A DNA stretch of 64,000 nt, taken from Bdellovibrionales bacterium (lineage in GTDB: Bacteria > Bdellovibrionota > Bdellovibrionia > Bdellovibrionales > UBA1609). Each line of letters begins with the position of its first letter. Within the stretch, counting starts at the first letter, position 1. The notes beneath the pieces were generated by a model. It made no database searches. It was given only the letters and a program-made list of their open reading frames with translations, and was not told where the DNA came from. The position numbers and the translations under genes were made by a program. Location of the stretch: NCBI GenBank assembly GCA_965261545.1, contig CBDHDF010000011.1:928001-992000 (forward strand), written 5' to 3'. Positions 1 to 10,218 of the stretch are shown in pieces.

Positions 1-521
1 CAAAAGAAAATCTTGAAGAGGCCAAAGAGATGGGGGCTAAAGATGTTTGCTTCCCAGAAAAAAAAGGAATGAAAATATTAAAGATGGTTAAAAGTGCTTG
101 GGTCTTTAAAAATCTTCTCAATTGGAGAGCCGGAATAGAGGCTGTTATTTCATTCCTTAAGAGATGTTTTGGTATGAGAGTTGCTTACTGGAAAGGGCAT
201 GATGGTTTTAAGAGGTATGTAAAGAATGCCGTTTGTGCCTATAATTTTGTTGTCTTGGCAAGACATGAATTATCAACTGTCACCTAAATTTATCCATTAG
301 GAATAACAGCAATGGACCAGGTCGAAGGTGCTAAAATCTTCCAAAGGTAGGGGTGCGTCTTCAAATCGAAAAAACTAGGGCGCAAGTCGCTTAAAGACCT
401 TTTTCCCCTTAATCTGTAGAGTTTGTGTGGCAAATCTCCAACTCTCACTCCCCCATTGAGGCATTGGGAGGCTCAATGGGGAGTGTCAGAGAACAAAAAA
501 TGGGCCTTTCTGGACAGAAAC
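1..521 (+). mobile_element. ISNCY-type (IS5-like DDE) insertion sequence, copy 1, 3' part cut by the window edge
   Basis: Matches the 3' part of copy 2. Ends ...CTGGACAGAAAC at 521. Transposase C-terminus at 1-287. Confidence 0.9.
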
Positions 522-527
522 TAGCTA

Positions 528-2675
528 GTTCCTGTCCAGGGAAGAAAGTTAAGTAGTTTTAAGTATTTACATGCCTTCCCTTTAGATTTTATGCTTTAAA
601 ATGGAGTCCATCAAACATAATCCGTGTAAATTCAGTTACTTACATAAAACGGAAAAATAAAATAAGTTCCCCCCCCCCCTCTCTTGACGAACCTTTCACA
701 GCCCCTCCCTTTCAGTGACTTATGTGGCTATCAACTGGTTACTTGATATGAGAGGAAGAGTTGGATCAACCTGTGTTTCCACCGTGGTGATTTCAAACCT
801 CCTTCAGGGAAATAACATTACGTTGCGCATCAACTTCAAAAAATACTTGACGTGTTTTTTCAGAGAAATAATTTTTGATATTTTATTCTTCATTTATTTT
901 TTATGTAGGTTTTAGGAGGCGTGGGAACCTCTCTATGAGGTAGAATTCTTATCCATGTTCTCCGAGAACCTCTCTGATTTTTTTCTTCTTAAAAGACATC
1001 CTTGCTCACTTTTTTCCCTCAAAAAAACGTATGTTAATATAAAAATTAAAGAGAAACTTTCACCAAAGGGGGGACTATGCGCCATTTGAAGAAGACACAG
1101 TTGGGACTCTTTTCCCAATATCCTAACCACCAACTCAGTACAGAATTGCAGCAAATTAATAACATCATTGATCGCCATCCAGAGTTTGCCCATATGGTTC
1201 ATGAAGACCTTGTTAAAGAAAAGAAAGATTCTGGTGATATTGGTATGACATCGGAGCAAGTTCTCAAGGTGGCTATTCTTAAATCCATAAGAGGTCTTTC
1301 CTATCGTGCGTTAGCCTTTAATCTTGTCGATTCAGTATCCACCAGAGCTTTTCTGGGCCTTGAATTGGAAGAAAATTACGCTCACTCCACCTTACAGGAC
1401 TTGATTGTTCAAATAAGTGAAGAAACTTGGGGAATTATTAGCGCCTCTTTAGTTTCAGATGCAAGAGATCAAAAGATTGAGCCGTGTAAGAAAATGAGAT
1501 TGGACAGTACAGTGACGAAATCAAATATTCATCATCCAACGGATGCATCGCTTTTATATGACTGCATAAGAGTTACAGAAAGAGAATTTAAAAAAGTTCG
1601 TAAAAATGTCATGAAAGATTTTTGGCGACTTATTTCAAGAGAAGATCTTAAGAGAGCAAAAACCTTGCTTTACAAAATTAATAATTCCAAAAATGATGCG
1701 GAAAGACTACCTTGCTATAAGGAGCTTTTAAAAATCGCTACCAAATTGAACAAAGGATTACCTGATACCATCAGAAAGATAAAAAAAGAACAAAAATGTG
1801 TGAAGATGAATGCTTTGAAAAAGAGTCTAAAACAGTTAGAAAATGTTGCCTTCTACCTGGAAAAAATCATCTTTCAAACTCAAAAAAGAGTTATTGAGGG
1901 GAAAAAAGTATCTTCTGAAAAAAAGGTCCTATCCATCTTTGAACCGCATACAGACATTATTGTAAAGGGGCAAAGAGAAGTCGAGTTTGGGCATAAAATC
2001 TTTCTGACCTCAGGGCAAAGCAACATGATTTTAGATTGTCAGATCCCTGATGGCAACCCCGCAGACTCTGATATGTTTTTAAAAGTTATGAATTCAGTGA
2101 CACAAACCTATGGGGCTTGCCCTGTAAAAGTAAGTGCAGATGGTGGGTTTGCTTCAAAAGAAAATCTTGAAGAGGCCAAAGAGATGGGGGCTAAAGATGT
2201 TTGCTTCCCAGAAAAAAAAGGAATGAAAATATTAAAGATGGTTAAAAGTGCTTGGGTCTTTAAAAATCTTCTCAATTGGAGAGCCGGAATAGAGGCTGTT
2301 ATTTCATTCCTTAAGAGATGTTTTGGTATGAGAGTTGCTTACTGGAAAGGGCATGATGGTTTTAAGAGGTATGTAAAGAATGCCGTTTGTGCCTATAATT
2401 TTGTTGTCTTGGCAAGACATGAATTATCAACTGTCACCTAAATTTATCCATTAGGAATAACAGCAATGGACCAGGTCGAAGGTGCTAAAATCTTCCAAAG
2501 GTAGGGGTGCGTCTTCAAATCGAAAAAACTAGGGCGCAAGTCGCTTAAAGACCTTTTTCCCCTTAATCTGTAGAGTTTGTGTGGCAAATCTCCAACTCTC
2601 ACTCCCCCATTGAGGCATTGGGAGGCTCAATGGGGAGTGTCAGAGAACAAAAAATGGGCCTTTCTGGACAGAAAC
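528..2675 (+). mobile_element. ISNCY-type IS, copy 2 (2148 bp)
   Basis: Terminal IRs GTTCCTGTCCAG / CTGGACAGAAAC. Flanked by TAGCTA (522-527) and TACTTA (2676-2681). Confidence 0.92.
1077..2441 (+). CDS. DDE transposase, ISNCY/IS5-like (454 aa)
   Basis: Motifs RLDSTV, SADGGF and WRAGIEAVISFLKR. RBS GGGGG just upstream. Confidence 0.9.
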   Translation: MRHLKKTQLGLFSQYPNHQLSTELQQINNIIDRHPEFAHMVHEDLVKEKKDSGDIGMTSEQVLKVAILKSIRGLSYRALAFNLVDSVSTRAFLGLELEENYAHSTLQDLIVQISEETWGIISASLVSDARDQKIEPCKKMRLDSTVTKSNIHHPTDASLLYDCIRVTEREFKKVRKNVMKDFWRLISREDLKRAKTLLYKINNSKNDAERLPCYKELLKIATKLNKGLPDTIRKIKKEQKCVKMNALKKSLKQLENVAFYLEKIIFQTQKRVIEGKKVSSEKKVLSIFEPHTDIIVKGQREVEFGHKIFLTSGQSNMILDCQIPDGNPADSDMFLKVMNSVTQTYGACPVKVSADGGFASKENLEEAKEMGAKDVCFPEKKGMKILKMVKSAWVFKNLLNWRAGIEAVISFLKRCFGMRVAYWKGHDGFKRYVKNAVCAYNFVVLARHELSTVT

Positions 2676-3380
2676 TACTTAACTGCAATTTCAGGCTTAT
2701 ATCAACAAAGTTCTAAGGCTAAAAAAGGGGAGTTGCTAGATCATGCGGAACTGGTCACAAACCTCTCTAGGAAGCGACTCATAAGGAGATTAAACGAGAT
2801 TCAACAAAATAATGGCTCTGTGCCACTCAAGCGGTCAGGGAGGCCTCTGGCTTATTCTCAAGAGGAGTTACGACCCCACATCAAATATTTGTGGGAACAA
2901 ATGGAAAAAATCTCGGCTGTACGAATAAAAGCCGCTCTACCGGATTGGCTCCCCAATTATGAGTCGTGTCCTCCCCACTTAAAGCTTCAGTTAGAAAAAA
3001 TGAGTGCCAGCACCTTGAAGCGTTATCTGAAGGAAATTCGCTTGGCTTCATTGGTCTCTAAGGGATTGTCCACAACCTGTCCTGCCCAATATATGAAAAA
3101 TAAGGTTCCCATCAATACACTGGACTCCAAGGTCACAAGGCCTGGTTATATACAAACAGATACGGTTGCTCACTGTGGAACGAGGAACGAGTGCCCAAGG
3201 CCCTTTTATCAGCTCTCTTACAGTGACCGACATTAACACCACATGGACAGAGTGTCGGGCTATGTTTACCAAGAAAGGGACGGAGGTGAGAAGGCAAATC
3301 AACAACATTAACCAAGCTATACCTTTTAAACTACTGGCCATGAACTCAGACTCAGGAAGTGAGTTCTTAAACAAGCCTGT
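2676..3380 (+). pseudogene. Integrase-core (rve) transposase fragment, interrupted at both ends and frameshifted
   Basis: YQQSSKAKKGELLD...RKRLIR N-terminal motif, PGYIQTDTVAHCG and NSDSGSEFLN. A 7-bp duplication at 3177-3190 shifts the frame. Confidence 0.8.
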
Positions 3381-3905
3381 TGTGATCCAATACTTTATTT
3401 TGACGGACTTTTCATGGGTTCCTTTGACCTCGAAGCAATTTTTATGATTTTATCCTGACTGAGTTTAAGTTGTTGAGAGTGATATTTTGATTAGCAAGGT
3501 GTGTCGAGGTGAAGTGAGTGAGAAAAGGATGACTGATTCTCTCTGTTTGGTTTGCTCTCCCGCCTGGTGGTCAAGAAATTAAGAGCACTTGAGATTTCCA
3601 AGTTCTCTTGGGAGGATAATTTCGCTGTATCTGATTTGATGGATTATTTTTGGAAGCCTAGTTCCTGGCATTTAAAGCAGGAGATCCTCCCACAGGTGGT
3701 GGCTACTTGCTTGAATCGACGCAACATCCTGTTGCGGATCTTTCAGTCTCGGGCTCCTGCCCTCGCCCCTCAGCCCCAGGGGGCTTTCGGGTACGACTGA
3801 AAGATTCTTAGTCTCGATTCCACATTGAGAGGAGATTGAGAGGAGCGTCCTATCCAGTGGGACTTTATTTGGCCCCTCAGGGAGAATAACTACCGACCAT
3901 GTAGT

Positions 3906-4709
3906 TTAAATAAGTTCTGTGGCGGCTTGGCGAACATGTTCTTCTGTAATTTGTTCTTCAGAAGCTTTCATACATGCAATCAATGAACCTCTGGCAATCA
4001 AATTGGCTTTTCTTAGCAAGCCTCCAGAGCCCTGCCAAATGGCTGTGACAGCATTATCTGTCATGAGTTTATTCTTGATTCCAGAGATTTTAAGGTGATG
4101 ATCTAGATAATTTCTCATATTTTCTTCATTAAGAGCTGGTAGGTGAGCGTGGGTCATCACACGAGAAGCCAAGGGCAGAGAAGTTCTATACTTCAATTTA
4201 TCAAGAAGGTTATTCTGTCCCACCAAAATAAGTGAGAATCTTTTTTCAGAATCAAAGTTGAATTGGTTAATCGTATGCAATTCAGCAAAGACATCGACTC
4301 TCAATAAGGATGCCTCATCAATGATAACCACAATTTTATTTCTTTGTTGTTCTAATATTTCTGAGATGGCTTCTTTGAATTCCTTAAGAAGGAAGGACCT
4401 ATGGTTTCCTCTTAAATTTAAATTTATACTCCAACACAATTGTCTATATAGCTCACAGGTTGAGCCACTGTTCGCCGTCACATAACAGCTGTTAATTTCA
4501 GATTTGTGGAATTGATCTAAACTCCATCTCATGGCGGTGGATTTTCCGGTGCCAACATCGCCGGTGACGACCATAATTCCACCAATGGAAAGAACATAAT
4601 CCAATCTCTCTTTCACTGCCATTGTTCCAGGTAAAGACATAAGGTCTTTGGATTTAAGATTGTCATTAAAAGGAGAGAACTTCATTCCAAAATATTCAAT
4701 GTATTTCAT
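3906..4709 (-). CDS. ExeA-family AAA ATPase (transposition helper)
   Basis: YFGMKFSPF start, Walker A GDVGTGKS, Walker B IIDEA, LILVGQ. Overlaps the integrase stop (ATGA). Confidence 0.88.
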   Translation of the reverse strand: MKYIEYFGMKFSPFNDNLKSKDLMSLPGTMAVKERLDYVLSIGGIMVVTGDVGTGKSTAMRWSLDQFHKSEINSCYVTANSGSTCELYRQLCWSINLNLRGNHRSFLLKEFKEAISEILEQQRNKIVVIIDEASLLRVDVFAELHTINQFNFDSEKRFSLILVGQNNLLDKLKYRTSLPLASRVMTHAHLPALNEENMRNYLDHHLKISGIKNKLMTDNAVTAIWQGSGGLLRKANLIARGSLIACMKASEEQITEEHVRQAATELI

Positions 4710-6004
4710 TTCTTACCTCCTGTTTTATCTCCTGAAAATAATTCTCCTGATTTTGGTTTTGTCTCTTTCGTGGCAGAAGTCACCTTTCCATTGCGACCCA
4801 AGTAAAAATTCACATGCCGATCCAATAAATTGGCCTGACCAAAGCTTCTTCCATCAAAGAAAATTTCAACATCTTCGGGAGTCTCTCTGTGGAACTTGAG
4901 TTCCACTCTTCTATCGATCAGGTCTACGGGAGCTTCATATATGGTTCCATTCAAATGAAAAGTTCGATCCTTTTTAACTCGTCGAAATTGAATAAATCGA
5001 AAATAGTCCAATAGATTGGGGGGAGCGGGACGAACACACTTCATATTTTTACGGAATTTCGCCAATGGAGTTTCGCCAGTGGTTCCATGAACTTTGTGGT
5101 GATAACTCTCCACCCAGTCAGAAAATACCTCATTCAGTTCTTCAAGGCTCAAGGTTTTTTCATCGCAGCGAGGAAAGAAGTTTTCCCGTACATATCGAAA
5201 CCAACGCTCCACTTTCCCCCGACCCTGAGGAGTATAAGGAGGAGTGTGAATAATCTGAATACCCAAGGAAGCTGTGACCTGTTCCAAGTTTATAGCCTTA
5301 AAACAAGCCCCATTATCGATATAAAGCTTTTGAGGAAGCCCCCTCTTCTCAACAGCTTTCTTAAGACAATCCTTCATATTCTCAAGCCTTTCGGACTCAT
5401 AAAACTCCCCGTGGGGAATGATGCGAGAATTGTCATCCAATATGGCAATGAGGTAGGATTTTACTTTCTTTCTCTTTTTGCCAACCACAATGGGGCCATG
5501 AAGAACATCTGACTGCCACATTTCATTGGGAGACGAAGCTTCAAAGGACCTACGATCTGTGGACTCTTTTTGTTGCAATTTGTGATGCTTTAAAAATCTA
5601 TAAAGCACACTCATATTGATCTCTTCATTGGTACCAATAGAGCCGCGCTGACGTAGAGCATTGACAAGGGCTATGCCTGTAAAATGTCCCTTTGCCTTCA
5701 TGATCTCTTTAATGACCACTTGGAGAGATTCATCAAGACTTCTAAATTGACCTTGATCCTTGCGATCCGATGGCACAAGCCCCTCTAATCTATTGCCCGA
5801 TCCCTTGTAGTCTGCAATCCATTTTTTTATGGTGGAACGACTCACACGAGTCGATGATGAGTAGGGAACACGATAGCTCTTGGAAGATTTTTCCGTAAGC
5901 AATCTCTCTTTTTCTCCATATTCAAGGCGCAACCCTGTAACAAATTCAGAAATCACTCCGAATCTAAAGGTGGCAACCTCCATTTTCTTGTCCTTATCAG
6001 CCAT
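4706..6004 (-). CDS. DDE integrase/transposase with Mu-transposase-like C-terminus
   Basis: WQSDVLHG, LYIDNGACF, PQGRGKVERWF, YHHKVHGTTGETP. Confidence 0.9.
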   Translation of the reverse strand: MADKDKKMEVATFRFGVISEFVTGLRLEYGEKERLLTEKSSKSYRVPYSSSTRVSRSTIKKWIADYKGSGNRLEGLVPSDRKDQGQFRSLDESLQVVIKEIMKAKGHFTGIALVNALRQRGSIGTNEEINMSVLYRFLKHHKLQQKESTDRRSFEASSPNEMWQSDVLHGPIVVGKKRKKVKSYLIAILDDNSRIIPHGEFYESERLENMKDCLKKAVEKRGLPQKLYIDNGACFKAINLEQVTASLGIQIIHTPPYTPQGRGKVERWFRYVRENFFPRCDEKTLSLEELNEVFSDWVESYHHKVHGTTGETPLAKFRKNMKCVRPAPPNLLDYFRFIQFRRVKKDRTFHLNGTIYEAPVDLIDRRVELKFHRETPEDVEIFFDGRSFGQANLLDRHVNFYLGRNGKVTSATKETKPKSGELFSGDKTGGKK

Positions 6005-6139
6005 TTTGACCTCTCTTTCTTTGATTTAATTTCCGTTATTGGAAATCTTTCTTGAAATAAGAGATACACAACTTCCTGACTCTTTGTTAATGACAAGAAA
6101 CGGTAGGTTGAAAATAAATGGGAGCACTGGCAAACTTCG

Positions 6140-6475
6140 TTAACCAAAAATGTCCAGGTTTTTCTCTTGATAAAAGGCCACTGTGCTAAGTGGATCTTTT
6201 TCTTTCATCAGATTATAAGCCTTAGCGTGATTAAGAAGTTTTTTCAGCCAGTGCCCCGCTCTTTGCCTCGTTGTCCAAAGGGGCCATGCCTTGGGAATCT
6301 TGGGGTTCAGACGATGTCGTAATGCTTCGAAAATACGAGACTTTGTCTCTTGAAAACGACGCCAGAACGACTTGGGTCTTGTCGTTATAACACTGTGGCA
6401 GTGAGGACACCGCCAGCGCTTGAGGTAGACCGCTTCAGAGCATGCAAAAAAGTATCTCTTCACATAGCCATGGCC
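6140..6475 (-). pseudogene. DUF6431-like Cys-rich protein, 3' part (split by IS4)
   Basis: GHGYVKRY...KRWRCPHC. Joins in frame with 16516-16639 once the IS4 and one target copy are removed. Confidence 0.75.
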
Positions 6476-6579
6476 CAATGCCGTTTCCTTAAGAAAAATC
6501 TCTTGAAATTATTAGATAAATCGACAAGAATAAGACTTGTTTTATTTTACACCCAACCCTCAACCAAGGAGTAAGTCAC

Positions 6580-7067
6580 ATGCAATCCAATATTGATCTC
6601 GAAAGCCCCCAAATGACGAGTTCGCGTCACAGATGACCATTTTATCCTACCAAAACTTGATTCTTCCTTCAAGTCAGAGCACCTTGTCGATCCAGAAAAA
6701 CAAAAAAGGAATCGAAAATTTAATCCTCAAATTTTCTTTTTTACCATTATCTATCTTATTTCCGGAACAAATTACGAAGGCTACCAAATCGCTCTTAAGA
6801 CGGTATGGACTCATTTTGGTGACCTGCTTCTCATGCCAGTCAAAAGCAGTCTCAGCAAGATACGTCAAAGTATTTCTTACCTATTTTTCAAAGATATCTT
6901 TGAATCTTTGATTACAGACTACGAACCATTGAGAAAAACGTTTCATGGTTTTTATATCTATGCCATAGATGGCGACCAATTAGCACTTCCTCGCTCTAAA
7001 GATCTTTTAAAGGAGGGTTATTGTGGGTACCCTTGCCCAAATGAGATGGAAACTCATTTCTTACGTA
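6580..7067 (+). pseudogene. IS4 transposase fragment 1 (N-terminal)
   Basis: KRNRKFNP...KSSLSKIRQ...YAIDGDQLALP. The start is uncertain because the RBS-linked ATG at 6580 is out of frame. Confidence 0.75.
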
Positions 7068-9213
7068 GTTCCTGTCCAGGGAAGAAAGTTAAGTAGTTTT
7101 AAGTATTTACATGCCTTCCCTTTAGATTTTATGCTTTAAAATGGAGTCCATCAAACATAATCCGTGTAAATTCAGTTACTTACATAAAACGGAAAAATAA
7201 AATAAGTTCCCCCCCCTCTCTTGACGAACCTTTCACAGCCCCTCCCTTTCAGTGACTTATGTGGCTATCAACTGGTTACTTGATATGAGAGGAAGAGTTG
7301 GATCAACCTGTGTTTCCACCGTGGTGATTTCAAACCTCCTTCAGGGAAATAACATTACGTTGCGCATCAACTTCAAAAAATACTTGACGTGTTTTTTCAG
7401 AGAAATAATTTTTGATATTTTATTCTTCATTTATTTTTTATGTAGGTTTTAGGAGGCGTGGGAACCTCTCTATGAGGTAGAATTCTTATCCATGTTCTCC
7501 GAGAACCTCTCTGATTTTTTTCTTCTTAAAAGACATCCTTGCTCACTTTTTTCCCTCAAAAAAACGTATGTTAATATAAAAATTAAAGAGAAACTTTCAC
7601 CAAAGGGGGGACTATGCGCCATTTGAAGAAGACACAGTTGGGACTCTTTTCCCAATATCCTAACCACCAACTCAGTACAGAATTGCAGCAAATTAATAAC
7701 ATCATTGATCGCCATCCAGAGTTTGCCCATATGGTTCATGAAGACCTTGTTAAAGAAAAGAAAGATTCTGGTGATATTGGTATGACATCGGAGCAAGTTC
7801 TCAAGGTGGCTATTCTTAAATCCATAAGAGGTCTTTCCTATCGTGCGTTAGCCTTTAATCTTGTCGATTCAGTATCCACCAGAGCTTTTCTGGGCCTTGA
7901 ATTGGAAGAAAATTACGCTCACTCCACCTTACAGGACTTGATTGTTCAAATAAGTGAAGAAACTTGGGGAATTATTAGCGCCTCTTTAGTTTCAGATGCA
8001 AGAGATCAAAAGATTGAGCCGTGTAAGAAAATGAGATTGGACAGTACAGTGACGAAATCAAATATTCATCATCCAACGGATGCATCGCTTTTATATGACT
8101 GCATAAGAGTTACAGAAAGAGAATTTAAAAAAGTTCGTAAAAATGTCATGAAAGATTTTTGGCGACTTATTTCAAGAGAAGATCTTAAGAGAGCAAAAAC
8201 CTTGCTTTACAAAATTAATAATTCCAAAAATGATGCGGAAAGACTACCTTGCTATAAGGAGCTTTTAAAAATCGCTACCAAATTGAACAAAGGATTACCT
8301 GATACCATCAGAAAGATAAAAAAAGAACAAAAATGTGTGAAGATGAATGCTTTGAAAAAGAGTCTAAAACAGTTAGAAAATGTTGCCTTCTACCTGGAAA
8401 AAATCATCTTTCAAACTCAAAAAAGAGTTATTGAGGGGAAAAAAGTATCTTCTGAAAAAAAGGTCCTATCCATCTTTGAACCGCATACAGACATTATTGT
8501 AAAGGGGCAAAGAGAAGTCGAGTTTGGGCATAAAATCTTTTTGACCTCAGGGCAAAGCAACATGATTTTAGATTGTCAGATCCCTGATGGCAACCCCGCA
8601 GACTCTGATATGTTTTTAAAAGTTATGAATTCAGTGACACAAACCTATGGGGCTTGCCCTGTAAAAGTAAGTGCAGATGGTGGGTTTGCTTCAAAAGAAA
8701 ATCTTGAAGAGGCCAAAGAGATGGGGGCTAAAGATGTTTGCTTCCCAGAAAAAAAAAGGAATGAAAATATTAAAGATGGTTAAAAGTGCTTGGGTCTTTA
8801 AAAATCTTCTCAATTGGAGAGCCGGAATAGAGGCTGTTATTTCATTCCTTAAGAGATGTTTTGGTATGAGAGTTGCTTACTGGAAAGGGCATGATGGTTT
8901 TAAGAGGTATGTAAAGAATGCCGTTTGTGCCTATAATTTTGTTGTCTTGGCAAGACATGAATTATCAACTGTCACCTAAATTTATCCATTAGGAATAACA
9001 GCAATGGACCAGGTCGAAGGTGCTAAAATCTTCCAAAGGTAGGGGTGCGTCTTCAAATCGAAAAAACTAGGGCGCAAGTCGCTTAAAGACCTTTTTCCCC
9101 TTAATCTGTAGAGTTTGTGTGGCAAATCTCCAACTCTCACTCCCCCATTGAGGCATTGGGAGGCTCAATGGGGAGTGTCAGAGAACAAAAAATGGGCCTT
9201 TCTGGACAGAAAC
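7068..9213 (+). mobile_element. ISNCY-type IS, copy 3 (2146 bp)
   Basis: Same IRs as copy 2. Target duplication TACGTA at 7062-7067 and 9214-9219. Confidence 0.93.
7614..8979 (+). pseudogene. ISNCY transposase, frameshifted
   Basis: An extra A in the poly-A run near 8750 splits the gene into 389-aa and 102-aa ORFs. Confidence 0.85.
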
Positions 9214-9335
9214 TACGTATGTATCTATCTCATGCTTATGACGTTTTATCGGGTGTGACAAAGAATCTTTGCTATTCTCCCGCTCTGAACGAAATCGCCA
9301 ATGCTATTCAAATGATAGGTAGTTTTGAGAGTAAT
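9214..9335 (+). pseudogene. IS4 transposase fragment 2
   Basis: RMYLSHAYDVLSG...GSFESN continues fragment 1 in frame (ETHFLR-MYLS). Confidence 0.8.
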
Positions 9336-9465
9336 TGTACAATTGCGCGTATTGCCCGCACTGGTTGCACCCATTACCCTCACTTTCCCTATTTCAATGC
9401 GTCATTGATGATTTTCCTTCCCATTTCTGGGGAAAATTTTAGTTAATTTGTAATCCTATTTCTTC

Positions 9466-10218
9466 CTATTTTAGGGAAAAGTCCTGGTCAAGTTTTGTTC
9501 CCTGGATTTTTCGATAACTCTCTCCTTTAAGTAAAATTTTTATGGCGGTATGCTTCAAACGGTCGATGATAGTATCTGCCAGCACCTCATCATCAATAAT
9601 TTCTGACCAATGCGTTATTGGCAGTTGAGTGGTAATAACGGTGGACCTATCGGAACGAAACTTTAAAATATCGCAGAAGTCTGTGGATTCACTTTGGGAG
9701 AACTTCCTTAATCCAAAGTCATCAAAAATTAACACTTGGGGGCGGCCCAGACGACGCAAGTAGTTCAAATACCTTCCTGAGTGCCTTTCCAGGGCCAAGG
9801 TTTCTAGAAATATGTTGATGTCTATAAACAGTGTGGAGATTCTGGATTGACAACACTGGTGTCCCAGGCTCTGGGCCAAGAAGGTTTTACCCACCCCCGT
9901 TGGCCCTTCGACAATGATAGACCTTTGCTCCTTAACCCATGATAAAGTTTGAAGCCTATCCACCTCTCTTTTACTAATAGACCTTTTGGCATGGTGGTCA
10001 AATGCCTCACCTCTGACCTTGTGAGGCAGCTTTGAGGTCTTGAGAAGTCTTTGGCTGAATTGGATTTTCCGAGCCTCCACTTCTGCAAATAACAGCTCGT
10101 TCAATAGATCCAATGCTTGAGTCTTGTGGCTTGTGTTATCCAGCGCCACTTCAAGGCTGTCTAACATTCCATAGAGCTTCAACTCATGCATGTGGTTTTT
10201 GATTTGTACTTCATCCAT
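9466..10218 (-). CDS. istB: IS21 helper ATPase IstB
   Basis: GPTGVGKTFLA, LIFDDFG, ITTQLP..W, IIDRL. Confidence 0.93.
   Translation of the reverse strand: MDEVQIKNHMHELKLYGMLDSLEVALDNTSHKTQALDLLNELLFAEVEARKIQFSQRLLKTSKLPHKVRGEAFDHHAKRSISKREVDRLQTLSWVKEQRSIIVEGPTGVGKTFLAQSLGHQCCQSRISTLFIDINIFLETLALERHSGRYLNYLRRLGRPQVLIFDDFGLRKFSQSESTDFCDILKFRSDRSTVITTQLPITHWSEIIDDEVLADTIIDRLKHTAIKILLKGESYRKIQGTKLDQDFSLK

Noticed and set aside
505..545. Hybrid junction promoter at the IS dimer
   Set aside because: TGGACA resembles a -35 box, but no -10 box lies at suitable spacing.
715..1259. Small ORFs in the ISNCY leader and antisense to the transposase, repeated in each copy
   Set aside because: No motifs were recognised, and their recurrence only reflects IS copies.
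2577..3236. 219-aa ORF as a real gene (likewise 9117-9446, 15765-16502 and 38292-38474 as called)
   Set aside because: These are chimeric frames running from an IS or intron end into the interrupted target.
3906..4709. Type II secretion ExeA, or a CAST/Tn7 system
   Set aside because: It is coupled to a DDE integrase inside IRs, and no TniQ, Cas or T2SS genes were recognised.
8745..8760. Programmed frameshift in the ISNCY transposase
   Set aside because: The other copies are in frame, so this is a copy-specific extra A or a sequencing error.
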